From Gracilinanus agilis (taxonomy: Eukaryota), in the NCBI RefSeq assembly GCF_016433145.1, contig NC_058131.1, positions 30,037,315 through 30,088,864 of the forward strand: a stretch of 51,550 nucleotides of DNA, given 5' to 3'. A program made the translations under genes and the position numbers. This document shows, piece by piece, positions 36,255-47,790 of this stretch. The notes under the pieces were generated by a model. The model searched no databases. It saw nothing but the letters and a program-made list of their open reading frames with translations, and was not told the DNA's origin. Position 1 is the stretch's first letter; every line of letters begins with the position of its first letter.

Positions 36255-36780
36255 CTCCCCAACTTGACTTGGCAGCTTCTTATAAGACAAATATCCAATC
36301 TGTCTTCCACGCTGCCAGACAAGTCTTCAAGATGCAGACATGAAATCTTTTTCAAATAAATCTGCAAACAACACAAAGCCAGTAGAGATAGCTAACATTA
36401 ACCCAATGGAGGACAGAGTCAAGATCCAAAAAGATCTAGATGGGCTGGTAAAGATACAAGACCCTACAGAAAGGCCTTTTGGGGGAAAGTGTGGCTAGTT
36501 AACAGTCCAGGGAAAAACATTTAGACATCAGTGACATGCACACCCACTATGCTGGAAGAACACAACATGGAGGCCAGAAAAGGCTAACCCATATCTGGGT
36601 GCATAAACTGGGGCAGAATCCATCGTGAGGGAGATTATCCTCTGCCCCAGTCAGCCTACAGGCAGAGTTATCTTGTCTGGTTCTGAGAATCATATTTTAG
36701 GGAGGTCTTTGACAAACACATGCATAAATATTTCCATGCTGATACAATTTTGGCAAGAGGCCTGGGGATTATGCCATACA
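36255..36780 (+). mobile_element. CR1/L3 RT C-terminal fragment
   Basis: GGAGGACAGAGTCAAGATCCAAAAAGATCTAGATGGGCTG gives EDRVKIQKDLDGL; GCCAGAAAAGGCTAACCCATATCTGGGTGCAT resembles AAKKANAILGCI. Confidence 0.75.
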
Positions 36781-36789
36781 AACATACCT

Positions 36790-39160
36790 TAACAGCTATA
36801 ATCTCAATCAAGTCTCCTCTAGAGGATTAAATTCAGTTCTGCTGGGTATATATTATTCTTGGTCATAATCCTAGCTCCTTTGCCTTCCATAATGCCATAT
36901 TCTAAGCCCTCTGCTCCTACATGATGCTAGATCTCGGATAATCCTAACTGTGGCTCCACAGCATTTGAATTCTTTCTTTCTAGTTACTTGCAGTATTTTC
37001 CCCTTGACCTAGGAGGTCCAAATTTTGACTACAATATTTTTAGGAGTTTTCATTTTGAGATTTCTTTCAAGAAGTGACCAGTGGACTCTTCCAATTTCTA
37101 CACTGTCCTCTAGGCAATTTATCTTTATAATTTCTTGAAAAGGAGTCATTCCTTAATTGATAACTGGTGAATAGGCCATTTTCAGATGAAGAAATCAAAA
37201 TTATCTAGTCAAATGAAAAAACAGTCTAAATCACTATTAGAAAAATACAAATTGAAATAACTCTAAGGCACTATCTTATACCTATCAGATTAGCTAACAT
37301 GACAAAAAAAAATGTTAAATGCTAAAAGGGTATGTGGAAAAGCAGGGACACTAATGCATTGTTGGAATAGTTGTAAACTGGTCTAACCATTATGGACAAC
37401 AATGCCCTTTGAACCAGCAATACCACTACTAGATCCCAAAAAGATTACAGAAAAAGGAAAAGGACCTCTATGTACAAAAATATTTATACCAGCTTTTTGT
37501 GACGGCAAAGAATTAGAAATTTATAGGACTAGAGAATGGATAAACAAGTAGTAGTATCTGATGGTGAAATCCTATTGTGCTACAAGAAATGAGCAAGATG
37601 GTTTTGGAAAAACCTAGAAATATTTCTATGAAGTCATATAAAGTGAAGTGAGCAGAACCAGGAAAACACTGTACAGAGAAGCAGCAATACTATAACAATG
37701 ATCAACTGTGAAAGATTCAGCTACTTTGATCAATACAAAGATCCAAGAAAATTCTGAAAGACTCATGATGAAAAATGCCACCTATCTCCAGAGAGATGCA
37801 TGATGAATTAGCAGACGGAAGTATAATTTTATTTACTTATTCTATTTTTCTTGCTTTTTTTGCAATATGGTTAATAAGGAAATATGTTTTGCATGATTTT
37901 ACATGTATAACTGATATCATACGGCTTGCAAGAGGGGGATGGACTGAGGGAATTCAGAACTCAAAAAAATTTTAAGTGAATGTTTAAGATAATTTTTATT
38001 TAAAAAATATATATATGTACATATAAAATGTTTAATATGTTGTGTCAGCTCTTTTAACCTCTTCATGGCTTCCAGGTAGTCCAATGATTTTTAAATTATC
38101 TTTGCTCAATCGATTTCCCAGGTCAGTTTTTTTCCCTACAAGATATTTCACATTTTCTTCTAGTTTTTTTGATCTTCTGACTTTGTTTTATTTTTTCATG
38201 AAGTCTCATGGAGGAAAAATATGTCAAGCTTTTCTGTCACCAAAGTAATTTTTTTATGGTCAGATTACTTTTTTGTTTGCTCGTTTTTGAAGCCTACTTA
38301 TTAACTTTGGACTTAACAGTAGAGTTGGGTTCTACTTCCCTTTGGAGTGGATGTCTGGCTTGAGCTTCTGTCCTTTATGTCCTTTTGCTGCTTTCACAGC
38401 TCAGTCTGGTGGGCTATAAGTTTTCAGGGCTTCCAAAGTGGTGTGATCTGGGAAGGGAGAAAACTGTTGGTCTGTTGACCAGAGGTCTTCTGGTCTTTGC
38501 TGTGCAAATTTTTGACCTAGTTTAAGTCTGAAAGTTTGTGTGTGGTTAAGTTTCTACAGCCTGATGCCAGACTCAGTCACAATTAGCCTTTTGGGAGTTT
38601 CTACAGGTTTTAATCTGAACTGCTGGATCCACCCTTGGTTCTGGATTCCTGCCCTAGTTTATTGCACTCTAGGTTTATGTATGAGGCTAAAGGTTAAAAG
38701 TGAGTCTTCTGCTCTTGGGTTCAGAACCACACAGCTGAGGTGCTGGAAATTGTTCCTTGTTCCTTCCACAGCCAGGACCTCTGCTGCCTTGTGACTGTTC
38801 CTCTCTGCCCTGGAACTGTGACCTACAACTGGATAAGGGTGACAGAAATGCCAGATGATACCTGTTCCTGCACCCAGGGCCAACACAGGGGTCCCCTGTG
38901 TTTTTTCTGCCTAGGTGTTCACTCCCCTTACCATCTATGGACACTAGGCTGCTCCCCACCACTGCTGCCAGTGCCATAACCCACTGCCACCTGTTTGGGC
39001 ACTGCTGTTGCTGCTACTCTCCTGGTCAGCCCCCATCCCAGGATCCATAGATCTCTTTTTCTGTCTTCTTATGCTGCCCTGAGCAGGAAAAAAAATTCAC
39101 TGGGGCTTTTCATTAGCTTTCTGATCAGCATTTGGTCTGGCCTACTTTTTATCAGTCACT
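36790..39160 (-). mobile_element. L1 5'UTR plus ORF1 (no ORF2), split by a nested L1
   Basis: Minus strand: 5'UTR-like sequence ~39160-38300, then LEENVKYLVGKKTDLGNRLSKDNLKIIGLPGSHEEVKRADTT (to ~38034), resuming at 37140 with FQEIIK...ERNLKMKTPKNIVVK...KILQVTRKKEFKCCGATVRIIRDLA...KAKELGL. All are degenerate L1 ORF1 motifs. Confidence 0.85.
37155..38030 (+). mobile_element. L1 3' fragment (ORF2 C-terminus plus 3'UTR) nested in the older L1
   Basis: TTTTCAGATGAAGAAATCAAA...TTATACCTATCAGATTAGCTAAC...GGGACACTAATGCATTGTTGG...TGTACAAAAATATTTATA..., then 3'UTR and AT-rich tail. Confidence 0.88.
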
Positions 39161-40513
39161 GTAGAGAAGGATATGAGGAACTAACGCAAAATGGTTAGCT
39201 CCCATACTGACATTTTGATTCTGCCGTTCTACAACAAAGTCTCAAGTGCTCATGGCAACAGGGTACAGGGACTAGGCAAAATTATAAGTCAAGAATCCTC
39301 ACCAGTTTCTACCCGGGCCCACAATAAATACTTGCCAGTACTAATACAAGGAAAAATTGAACTGGTTTTAGTCTCATCCTTTTTATTTTCTCAGCTCATG
39401 CTCTTGTGAGGGGCTTGACAGTGGAACTGTGCTCTAGGAAAAGGCAGAAAGAGGGCCCAGTGAATGGTAACCGACAAATATGAAATGAGTAGAATCAAGA
39501 TAATTATAAATGTATGTCATACTCCAAAATAGCACCAGCAGAGAAAGCTCACAAATTCTAAATCATGGGACACAAATATATTGAGCATGACCTAAAAAAT
39601 CAAAGTCTCAAAATATAGATTGAAACTAAACTGATGCCATATTGGAGAAGGCAACTGAATGGTACAACTGAAAACTGGACATATAGAGTTATGAGTCTCA
39701 GTTGCATCACCTGTACCTGGACCACTCGCCTCCCTCTGCCTCACAATTAAAACCCTGGAAAGTACCTTTGTTGGGGGAGCAATGATATTTGGATTTCTCT
39801 GTGGAAAAATTCTAAATGATGGTTCATTAAAATCCAGGCCTTTGGATCTGGCCTCAGATACTTCCTAGCTGTGTTGACCCTGGACAAGTCAACTGCATAG
39901 CCCTTAACTCTCTTCTGTCTTGGAACTAGTACTTGGAATTTATTTAAATATAAAATTCTTTGGAGGAGGAAAGTGGCTGGTCATTTAAGGGGTTTCCCAG
40001 GCTCTTCCTAATAGTTTTTTCATTTTGATCCTGTCTGCAGTGGGTGCTGCAAGTGCAGAGTTCCTCCTTGCTTCCTCTCTCCTTCCTCATTCATCAAGGT
40101 CACGCTCTCCTGTGGAAGTTCTTGAGTGGAACTTACCAGTAAGGCAGATAGCCCTTAGGAGCAGTGTTTTTCTCCCTTGTTTGAGTTTTTTCTTAGGCTT
40201 TAGACCTGTCTACTGTAGGCAAGAGGAAGAAGAGCTTTCTGTGCTTATCCATCACATGTCTTTGGTTTACACTGATTATACCTTTTTGGTCAAGCTAAAG
40301 GAATGTCGAGCTTCTCGCTGAAGGCCAAGATGGAATATTCTTTAGAGCTGGGTTTTTGTAGCATGGAAAGTCAGTGCTATTTTAGAAGTGCTTCGTCCTC
40401 CTCCAAGAAAGGTGGAAAAAACTGCTGGTAAAGGTCACAGAAGAGCTTTTCCTGTGTTCAGGTGTGTGTCTGCTACAACGGAGCCAGATCCAAGTTCAAC
40501 AGGAGACCGAGGC

Positions 40514-40528
40514 GGGGGGGGGGGGGGG
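40514..40528 (+). repeat. G15 homopolymer
   Basis: Direct count. Confidence 0.9.
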
Positions 40529-41609
40529 TTGGTCATCAATGACGGAAATGACTTCAAGGTGTAAACTTAGTCTTTGTCCAACCAAGGTACTTCCCAGGGC
40601 TAAATTAGTTAAATTGTTTCCTCATGCAACATAATCACAAATGTACTAAAACACAAAGCACACACTGTGTGTAGGTACTTACAATTACTACGACTACAAT
40701 GAAAAGCCCAATTTTCCTGCCAATATCAGACTCGGAACAGGAAGGCGGCCAATACCCAAAGGTCTGCCTCTCAAAGATCCCTGTTTTTGAATCTAAAATC
40801 TACAAGATGCTCCTCTGTGATGGTGACCCTGAAGGGAGGGGAGGCCAGAGACAAGCCATAAGGGGCCTCTAATCCAAGACTCTTGGTCAGCTGCCTGGGG
40901 AAAGCTGAGCCCATACAAGCATCACACATTTGACTTCACGGACACTGACCTACCAGGGCAGTGCCGGACAAATCTGTCTGAGAGGGATCTTCTGAGACCG
41001 AACAAGGAAAGAAGACTGCGCCAATCTACACTGAACTAAGGGAACGAAACCTCAGAACAAGGAACACAACACGGAAAGGAACCAAAGTGAGCCAAATTAC
41101 AGCAGTAGCCCGTTACAGGTACAATCAGACAATGACTTTTTGTTTTCCGCATTTTCTTCCTCCTGTTTATGTTTACTTATCAATGACAGACGCTTCAAAT
41201 ACTTGTCTGACATAAAATGAACCAAATTACTGGTAGACCTCAAATTGAATACAAATGACTAACTTTACGGAATCTTTTTTAAACAGTGAAACAGCTTAAA
41301 CTAGAATTCATTCTCTTTCTCTCCCTCACTCCTCCTCTCTAGACAGACAGAGACATAGAGAAATAGAGATATTGATACAGCTATAGATATTCATAAGCTT
41401 CTGAACTACATCTCCTGAATGGGTACTTCATTCAGTTCCAATCAGTGGTCTATCCAACACCAAAGAAGGAGGTTCCTTAGAAAGCAGGGATTCAAAAAAA
41501 ACTTTAAGAACATGTGCAACAGGGCTCATAGGACTCTATGTTTTCTCACTGTAAAGCTTTATGTTTTCACTAGAATCAGGGTTTGTTTCTATTATTTATG
41601 TTAAAAGGA

Positions 41610-41735
41610 AAAAAACCTGCCTCTGACATCTATTGGCTATGTGACCTCAGGCAAGTCACTTAATTTCTCAATCCTCTAAGCAGCTCTCCAACACACCAAG
41701 TTACAGAAGTGCTGACCTACACTAGTCTGAACATA
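41610..41735 (+). mobile_element. MIR fragment
   Basis: GGCTATGTGACCTCAGGCAAGTCACTTAATTTCTC. Confidence 0.7.
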
Positions 41736-42616
41736 TGCCAACACATTTCAAGAGTTGGGGGATCGGGGAGAGATTCACACAACTAATTGTTTTTCATTAT
41801 CATTATCATGTATGACTTTGCTAAATGATAAATGATTTAAAAAAAGGTATCTCAAACTACAAAAGTATGGCTCAATCCATTGATTTTTCAACTTCTGAAC
41901 GAGTTCATTGCCAGGGGGTGTACCAAGCACATAAGCTACTCCTTGATTATAAATTAGACACCAGAGATGGTGAAATGGAAACAAATGAATGGTGGGTAAA
42001 AGATAGGGAAGTTTTCAAAAGGAACCCAAGTCACAAACTATAATAGAAGATAATTAATGATAAATATAAAGAGAGTCTGCTGAGATAATGTAATAGAATT
42101 ATCTTTCATCTCCCCAAAAAGAAACTCAAATTTTAACTTTATTGTAAGAAATGTGAAAAGAAAATCTATTTCAATATAAATTAACAGAATTCAATTAATT
42201 CAATTACAGTTTGATCTAGTCATATAATTTTTTATCAATCATAAACTATTATTAAACTCAAACTCATATTTTAACTCATATCAATTAGCAGGTGTTTTCA
42301 AGAACTGCCTAACTAGGATTTTCTTCTCATTTGGAGACCCAAATAAATGGACAAGATATGTGGTTCTGTTCTCAAGTTCCCAGGCCCCAGGAAGGAGGAT
42401 GCAGTGGAGGCACTGGGAGCAGTCTGAAGCAAAGGAAACTGGCTTCCTACACCCCTCAGTTCCTCACCTAGAAAAGAGGGGTGTTGGACTAAACTATCAA
42501 TTAGATCCTTAAATACCAAACTTAACAATCAGCAAGACTTTCGGACTCTAGTCCCTGCCTTGAATAAGTTCCTTGGTTTCTCCATATGCCTAAAGCTTCT
42601 AAAATATCGTTTCTAT

Positions 42617-42625
42617 TCTCTCTCT

Positions 42626-42684
<59 letters not shown>
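42617..42684. repeat. (TC)n microsatellite with one GCGC interruption
   Basis: About 30 TC units; explains the SLSLSL ORF at 42560-42757. Confidence 0.97.
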
Positions 42685-42690
<6 letters not shown>

Positions 42691-42878
42691 ATATAAACCT
42701 TCCCCTTCCATCTTAGAATCGATAGTATATATTGTTTCTAAAGCAGAAGAGCAGTAAGGGCTGGGCAATGGGGTTTAAGTGACTTTTCCCAGCTAGGAAG
42801 TGTCTGAGGCCAGATCTGAACTCAGGACCTCTTGTCTCTGGGCCTGACTCTCAATCCACTGAGCCACCCAGCTGCCCC
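42685..42878 (-). mobile_element. SINE1_Mdo-like SINE
   Basis: TTTTAAA...AACCTTCCCCTTCCATCTTAGAATC...CCACTGAGCCACCCAGCTGCCCC. Confidence 0.9.
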
Positions 42879-44429
42879 CGCATTCTTTCTCTCTTATACT
42901 TCATTCTTTGAAACATTTCTAGTTTTAAAATGATGCAATGGCATCAGTCAGTACTCAGAAAACAATAATAATTTGGGACATGGCTGGGAACAAAATCACT
43001 CAAAAATATGCTTTGAGTTTACCTGCTCCTGCAAATTCTTAAGAGAATGTGAATCTCCAGACCTAAATCTCTAGACCCAGCATACAGTAACTGAAACCAC
43101 AACTATATCAGAGAATAGCAGCACTAATAAGATAGCACCTAGGCCTGAATCTGTACAGGGATGGGAGAGAATTAATAGGTTTCCTTTTACCCTGAAAATA
43201 TAGGGCCCACAAAAACTTAAATCATTCAGTCTGTCCTCAGTTTGCTCATACGGCTCTTCAGAGAATGTGGGAAAAGCCCTGTGCAGAAACTTTCAACAAG
43301 GACTTATACCAAGGACAAATGCAGCTGGCATCTAAATGGGTCACAGGATGAGGGGCCCCTGCTGAAAGATGAATGCAAAGATGTTTATCTTTCAGAGCAG
43401 AATCTGGGACAGGTTAGAAAGATTGGCAGAATAACTGATCTTACCAAAGGAGTGTCAGAGATTAAATAATTAAGGTGAAAAAAACTGGCTGGTCCCAGTT
43501 CTATAAGCATTTGGATTGTCATCAGCAGAATGTCATCATTCACTTGAGCAGACATCTGGTCCGCCACACAAAGGGATGGTGGAAAGAGAGTTTCTGAAGA
43601 GACATTTCACTTTTCAGGATCTCCTTTCCTCCAAAGACCTACAGTAGAGATTAATGATACATCTAAACAGCCAAGCCAGACTCCTCTGGGCATCATGAGC
43701 CCCCAAAAAAGCCTAGTGAGAAGGCCTCTTTAAGGGTCTTGATTGATTCTCCTAAAAGGTCCCAGGGCTCTTCAGAGAGCTTCCCTATTATCAGGGTTCC
43801 GAAACATCCAACCCAAACACCAGGAAGGAGAAACATTCCGTAAGATGCAGAACTCTCACTGGCCCTGGCGTACCAGGGGAGAGGGTTCCACAATTCCTGA
43901 GAGGCACCAAAGGGCTAAGAACTCCAGTGACCCCCCTTCAATAGTATCGTCGCTGGAGAGCACGGCCCATAACATGAACAAAGAATTGGGGTTTGTTCAG
44001 GAGACAAAGGATCGATTATCAGAACTCAAGCATTAACTCACACCAATAAAGCAAAGAGCCACAGAGAGGGGCCACGCAGTTGCTCAACTGTGAACTCACT
44101 AAATATACCAACAAAGAGAATCAAAAACAAATCTTGAGGCAGGTGTGGTTCTAAAGAGATCTCAGTCAAGAGTTCCCCATAAACGTCCCCTACAAGCTAA
44201 GTGCTCCATTCCATTTTCTACGCTGCCTGCCCAGGCAGAATAAGCTTTTTTCATCCAACTCTTCTGCGCTCCCCTGAACTCCGAAGCAGGTGGTCCATTT
44301 GGCTCAGTAACAAATGTTCTTGGAGGTCTGGATCTAAGAGAGAAGCATTCAGGGAGCACCAGCCTTGCTCCTCCTCATCTAGGACATTAAGGTAGGCAGG
44401 CAAGAAGGGGAAAGAAGAAAGCATTTAGT

Positions 44430-44585
44430 AGCAGCTGCAGCAGACAGGTGCTATTATCATGCCCATTCTCAACAAAGGTTAAGTGACTTGCCCAGGGCCA
44501 CACAGCTACTAAGAGTTAGAAGTTAGATTTGAATTTCCTGACTCCAGGCCCAGACTATCCATAGTCCAGCTGGTTGCCTTCCTTA
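44430..44585 (-). mobile_element. MIR
   Basis: ATTATCATGCCCATT...GGTTAAGTGACTTGCCCAGGGCCACACAGCTA...CCTGACTCCAGG. Confidence 0.75.
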
Positions 44586-46549
44586 GGATCTGGGAGAAAA
44601 GCCCCAGGATGAATTAAAGGAGAGCCACCCTCCCATGATGGCCATTCTTCTCTAGTTTTTGAGTAAGTAAGTTACTGACCCGAGTGGCCCTTAGAATTCT
44701 GAGCTTCTCTTTCCAAGCTAAAGGTCAAGCACCTCCTCCCACACCCGGGAGGCCTTTCCCCATCCTTTGCCCCATCCCAACCTGAGGGCAGGGAATGTGT
44801 GAGCATGAAGCCTGGCATAGAGTACCGGCTCGATGCTCGTGGGCTCACTGAGGCTGAGGAAGCCTGCACAACTGCCCTTCCTGCGGCAACCAATTGAGGG
44901 GAAACCCACAGAGATTTCTAGAAGCAGAAATCCAAATTCCTCACTTTCCAAGAGGCATTAGACTATGTAATTTGTACTTGAGGGAAGATGATTTGCTAAC
45001 AAGCCTGAAGTGCTTCCACTTCTCCTTCCTAGCCCAAAATAACCCTCTAGGAAAAACCCTGTCTCTTGATTTTTAATCAGCATTAACTGCTACTGAGCAG
45101 CACTGAATAAGCCCAAGGCTCTCCAGTGTCTTCAGAAGCTAAAAAAACTAACCCTCCCAACAAGCTAGGCACACTGAATTCAACAAGACCATCTCTCTGA
45201 GATTCTTTAAGTTAATATGGCAGAGGAATAGGAAGATCTAATAAAAAGTACATCAAACATGGGAAAGGGCCGGCAGTATTCGGAGAGAATGACAGCTGCA
45301 AAGCTTGAATGAAAACTGACCAGGCAGCGTGACTTCGGGGATCAGGGCAGCACGAGTCCCAGCCAGCTCTGGCCGACTCCTACAGACTTAGCCCTGGACA
45401 TTCCACTAGCATTTGCCAGGTTGGCATATCCTGGGACACGCTGAACATAAAACACCTCCTTCCTCCTAAGCCTGTTCCTCGTCACTCAGTGCCCTCCCCA
45501 GACCTCCACCTCCCCTCGACAGCTCTGGCTGGCCATCTCTCTTTCCCAGTCCCCCCTGGGCTCCTTCCCAGACCACCAACATGTTCCACCCTTCACTAGC
45601 CGCAGCCCAGCTGACTTCCATGACCTGCCCCCTCCTGCGGCGGCCCCAACCATCTTCTGTCTTCCCTGCTGGAGAAATCTTCCCAGTGGATAACTATGAT
45701 TGTTTTCTTCTCTAATCCACCTTTCCAGGCTTGTCTCAAATGGCTCTCCCTCCCATCCTCATCATCCTTCAGAAAACGGAATGAATCACTGTTCCCAAAC
45801 ACCAATGTGGGCTTTCCCAGTTGTTTACACACAAAACCCCTGGGCCTACTGAACACCTTAGGATCACAGATTAGAATAACTGGAAGGACCCCCAAAATCC
45901 TCTCGGATCACCGAACACTGAAGTCTTGACAGGGCCAAGTCACTTGTCAATGGTCCCATTGCCAGTAAGGGCAAAGCCCAGGCTTGATTTTTAATCAGCA
46001 TTCTGGTGCTTCTTGGGAAGCCTTCCCCGATGATCCCAGCCATCAGCAAGCTTTCCCTGGACAGCCTTCCTTCCAGGGTTCTCTCTGGCATGCTGTATAC
46101 ACATTCCACTTCCTTGATCAGATTACGAGCTCCTTAGCACTAAGACAGTGCCCGGAGAGGAGCTGCTAGACAAATGTTTCCTGAATAGACTGAATGTCCT
46201 TGCTAACAGAATTCCACCAGGCCTTCTTGGTGACAAAAGAGGAAGAAGGGAACTGACCATCACCAGGTCCACAGAGAAAAAGCTGAGACAAGACTTCTGG
46301 AAACAAACGCCTAAAACAGAAGACCGAGGCATTACTTGGGAATTCACCAAAGCTTAAAAGAAGGCAGAAGGACCATCCTAGACCGGGGAGAAAGAGAATG
46401 GCCCTGGGGTACAGTGACACATGAATTCAGGGCTAGAAGAATCCAGAATGGGGGTCACACACTTAGTACTTCAAGACTGAAATCGATACTCCAGAATGAG
46501 GCAAGATGGAGAAGTGCCTTACTCATCAAAGTAGTAATGGCAGAAAAAG

Positions 46550-46840
46550 AGGGCAACCCCTTCCCCAAGTCAATCAACAAACATTTATTAGGATCCTACC
46601 ATGCACTAATCCTATACTAGACTGTAGGAACACAAAGACAAAAGGGGGACCGACGCTTCCTTCAGGAAACGTAACCCCTAACAAGGGAGTAAACATGCCC
46701 ACATGTAAGATTGAAAAGACACACAGGGACACGGGCACCTTTGAGGGAAGGCATTCGTAACTGGGGGCTGAGGACGGGGACCAGAAAGGCCTTTTGGGGA
46801 AGGGGACACCCCAAGAGAGACAGTATTCCATGAACATCCA
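46550..46840 (-). mobile_element. L2 3' end
   Basis: AGTCAATCAACAAACATTTATTAGGATCCTACCATGCAC... Confidence 0.7.
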
Positions 46841-46844
46841 GGGC

Positions 46845-47015
46845 AGAAGGCCAGGACTGGGACAGCGAGGTGGCCTGGTGGAGAGAGACAGGAAGTCAAG
46901 GGTTCCAATCTGGCCTCAGATACTTCCTAGCTATGAGACCCTGAGCAAGTCACTTAACCCCCATTGCCAGCCCTTGCTGATAGAAGGTTAAGGCTTTACT
47001 TATTTTAAATTTTTT
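46845..47015 (+). mobile_element. SINE1-like
   Basis: GGTTCCAATCTGGCCTCAGATACTTCCTAGCTATGAGACCCTGAGCAAGTCACTTAACCCCCATTGCC...AGAAGGTTAAGG. Confidence 0.8.
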
Positions 47016-47574
47016 TTTTAAGCTAGGCCAGCTGCACCAGAAAGTGCCAGGTGGAAAAACATTTTACATGCCAAACACACACCTCTCGGGGGGCACTGGC
47101 CTGCTAAGGAGGGACAGTCAGGCCAACAACTGAGGAAAATCGGGCCTTGGCAGTCACCTAGGGCAGGCTCCATGACCGGGCAGCTGCGCTTTAAAGGAGG
47201 TTGTGGCGCCTTGGAAACCTCGAGATTTAGTGACTGTCTGCATGAGGTCAAAGCGAAGACTCAAGACAGCACTCGGAGCGGGCCGTAAGGACCGAGGCGA
47301 AGCCGGGATCCAGGAAGAAGAGGAGTCCCAGCACAGGGACACCGAGGCTACACCCGAGATTCCTGGGGGCTCGGACATGGGCCCGGGCTGGAGGGGCTCC
47401 TATGTGCCGGGCACTGGGCTAAGGCAGACTCCCTGGAAGCTGAAGCTTCTCCCAGGAAAGGGCTGGGGGACGAAGGGAGGGAAAGGACCCGAGAGAGAAC
47501 GGGGCTGCTGTCTTCTGTGGAAGGGCAAGGCTGGAAGGTGTCCCCCCTGAAGAGGGGAGGGGCTGGGGAAGGAA

Positions 47575-47790
47575 GGCAGCACTAAGGGTGTGCTGTGTGC
47601 CGGGCACTGTGCCAAGCCTTTACAAATACTCTCTCATTTGAGCCTTACCACAAGCCTGTGATGTGGGCGCTCTTATTAACCCCATTTTACAGATGAGGAA
47701 GCTGAGGCAAACTGAGGCTCCCAGGGTCACACAGCTAACAAGGGTCTGGGGCCACCTCTGCACTGACTCCAGGCCCGGCCCTCCGGCCAC
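47575..47790 (-). mobile_element. L2/MIR fragment
   Basis: TGTGCCGGGCACTGTGCCAAGCCTTTACAAATAC...TATTAACCCCATTTTACAGATGAGGAAGCTGAGGC. Confidence 0.75.
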
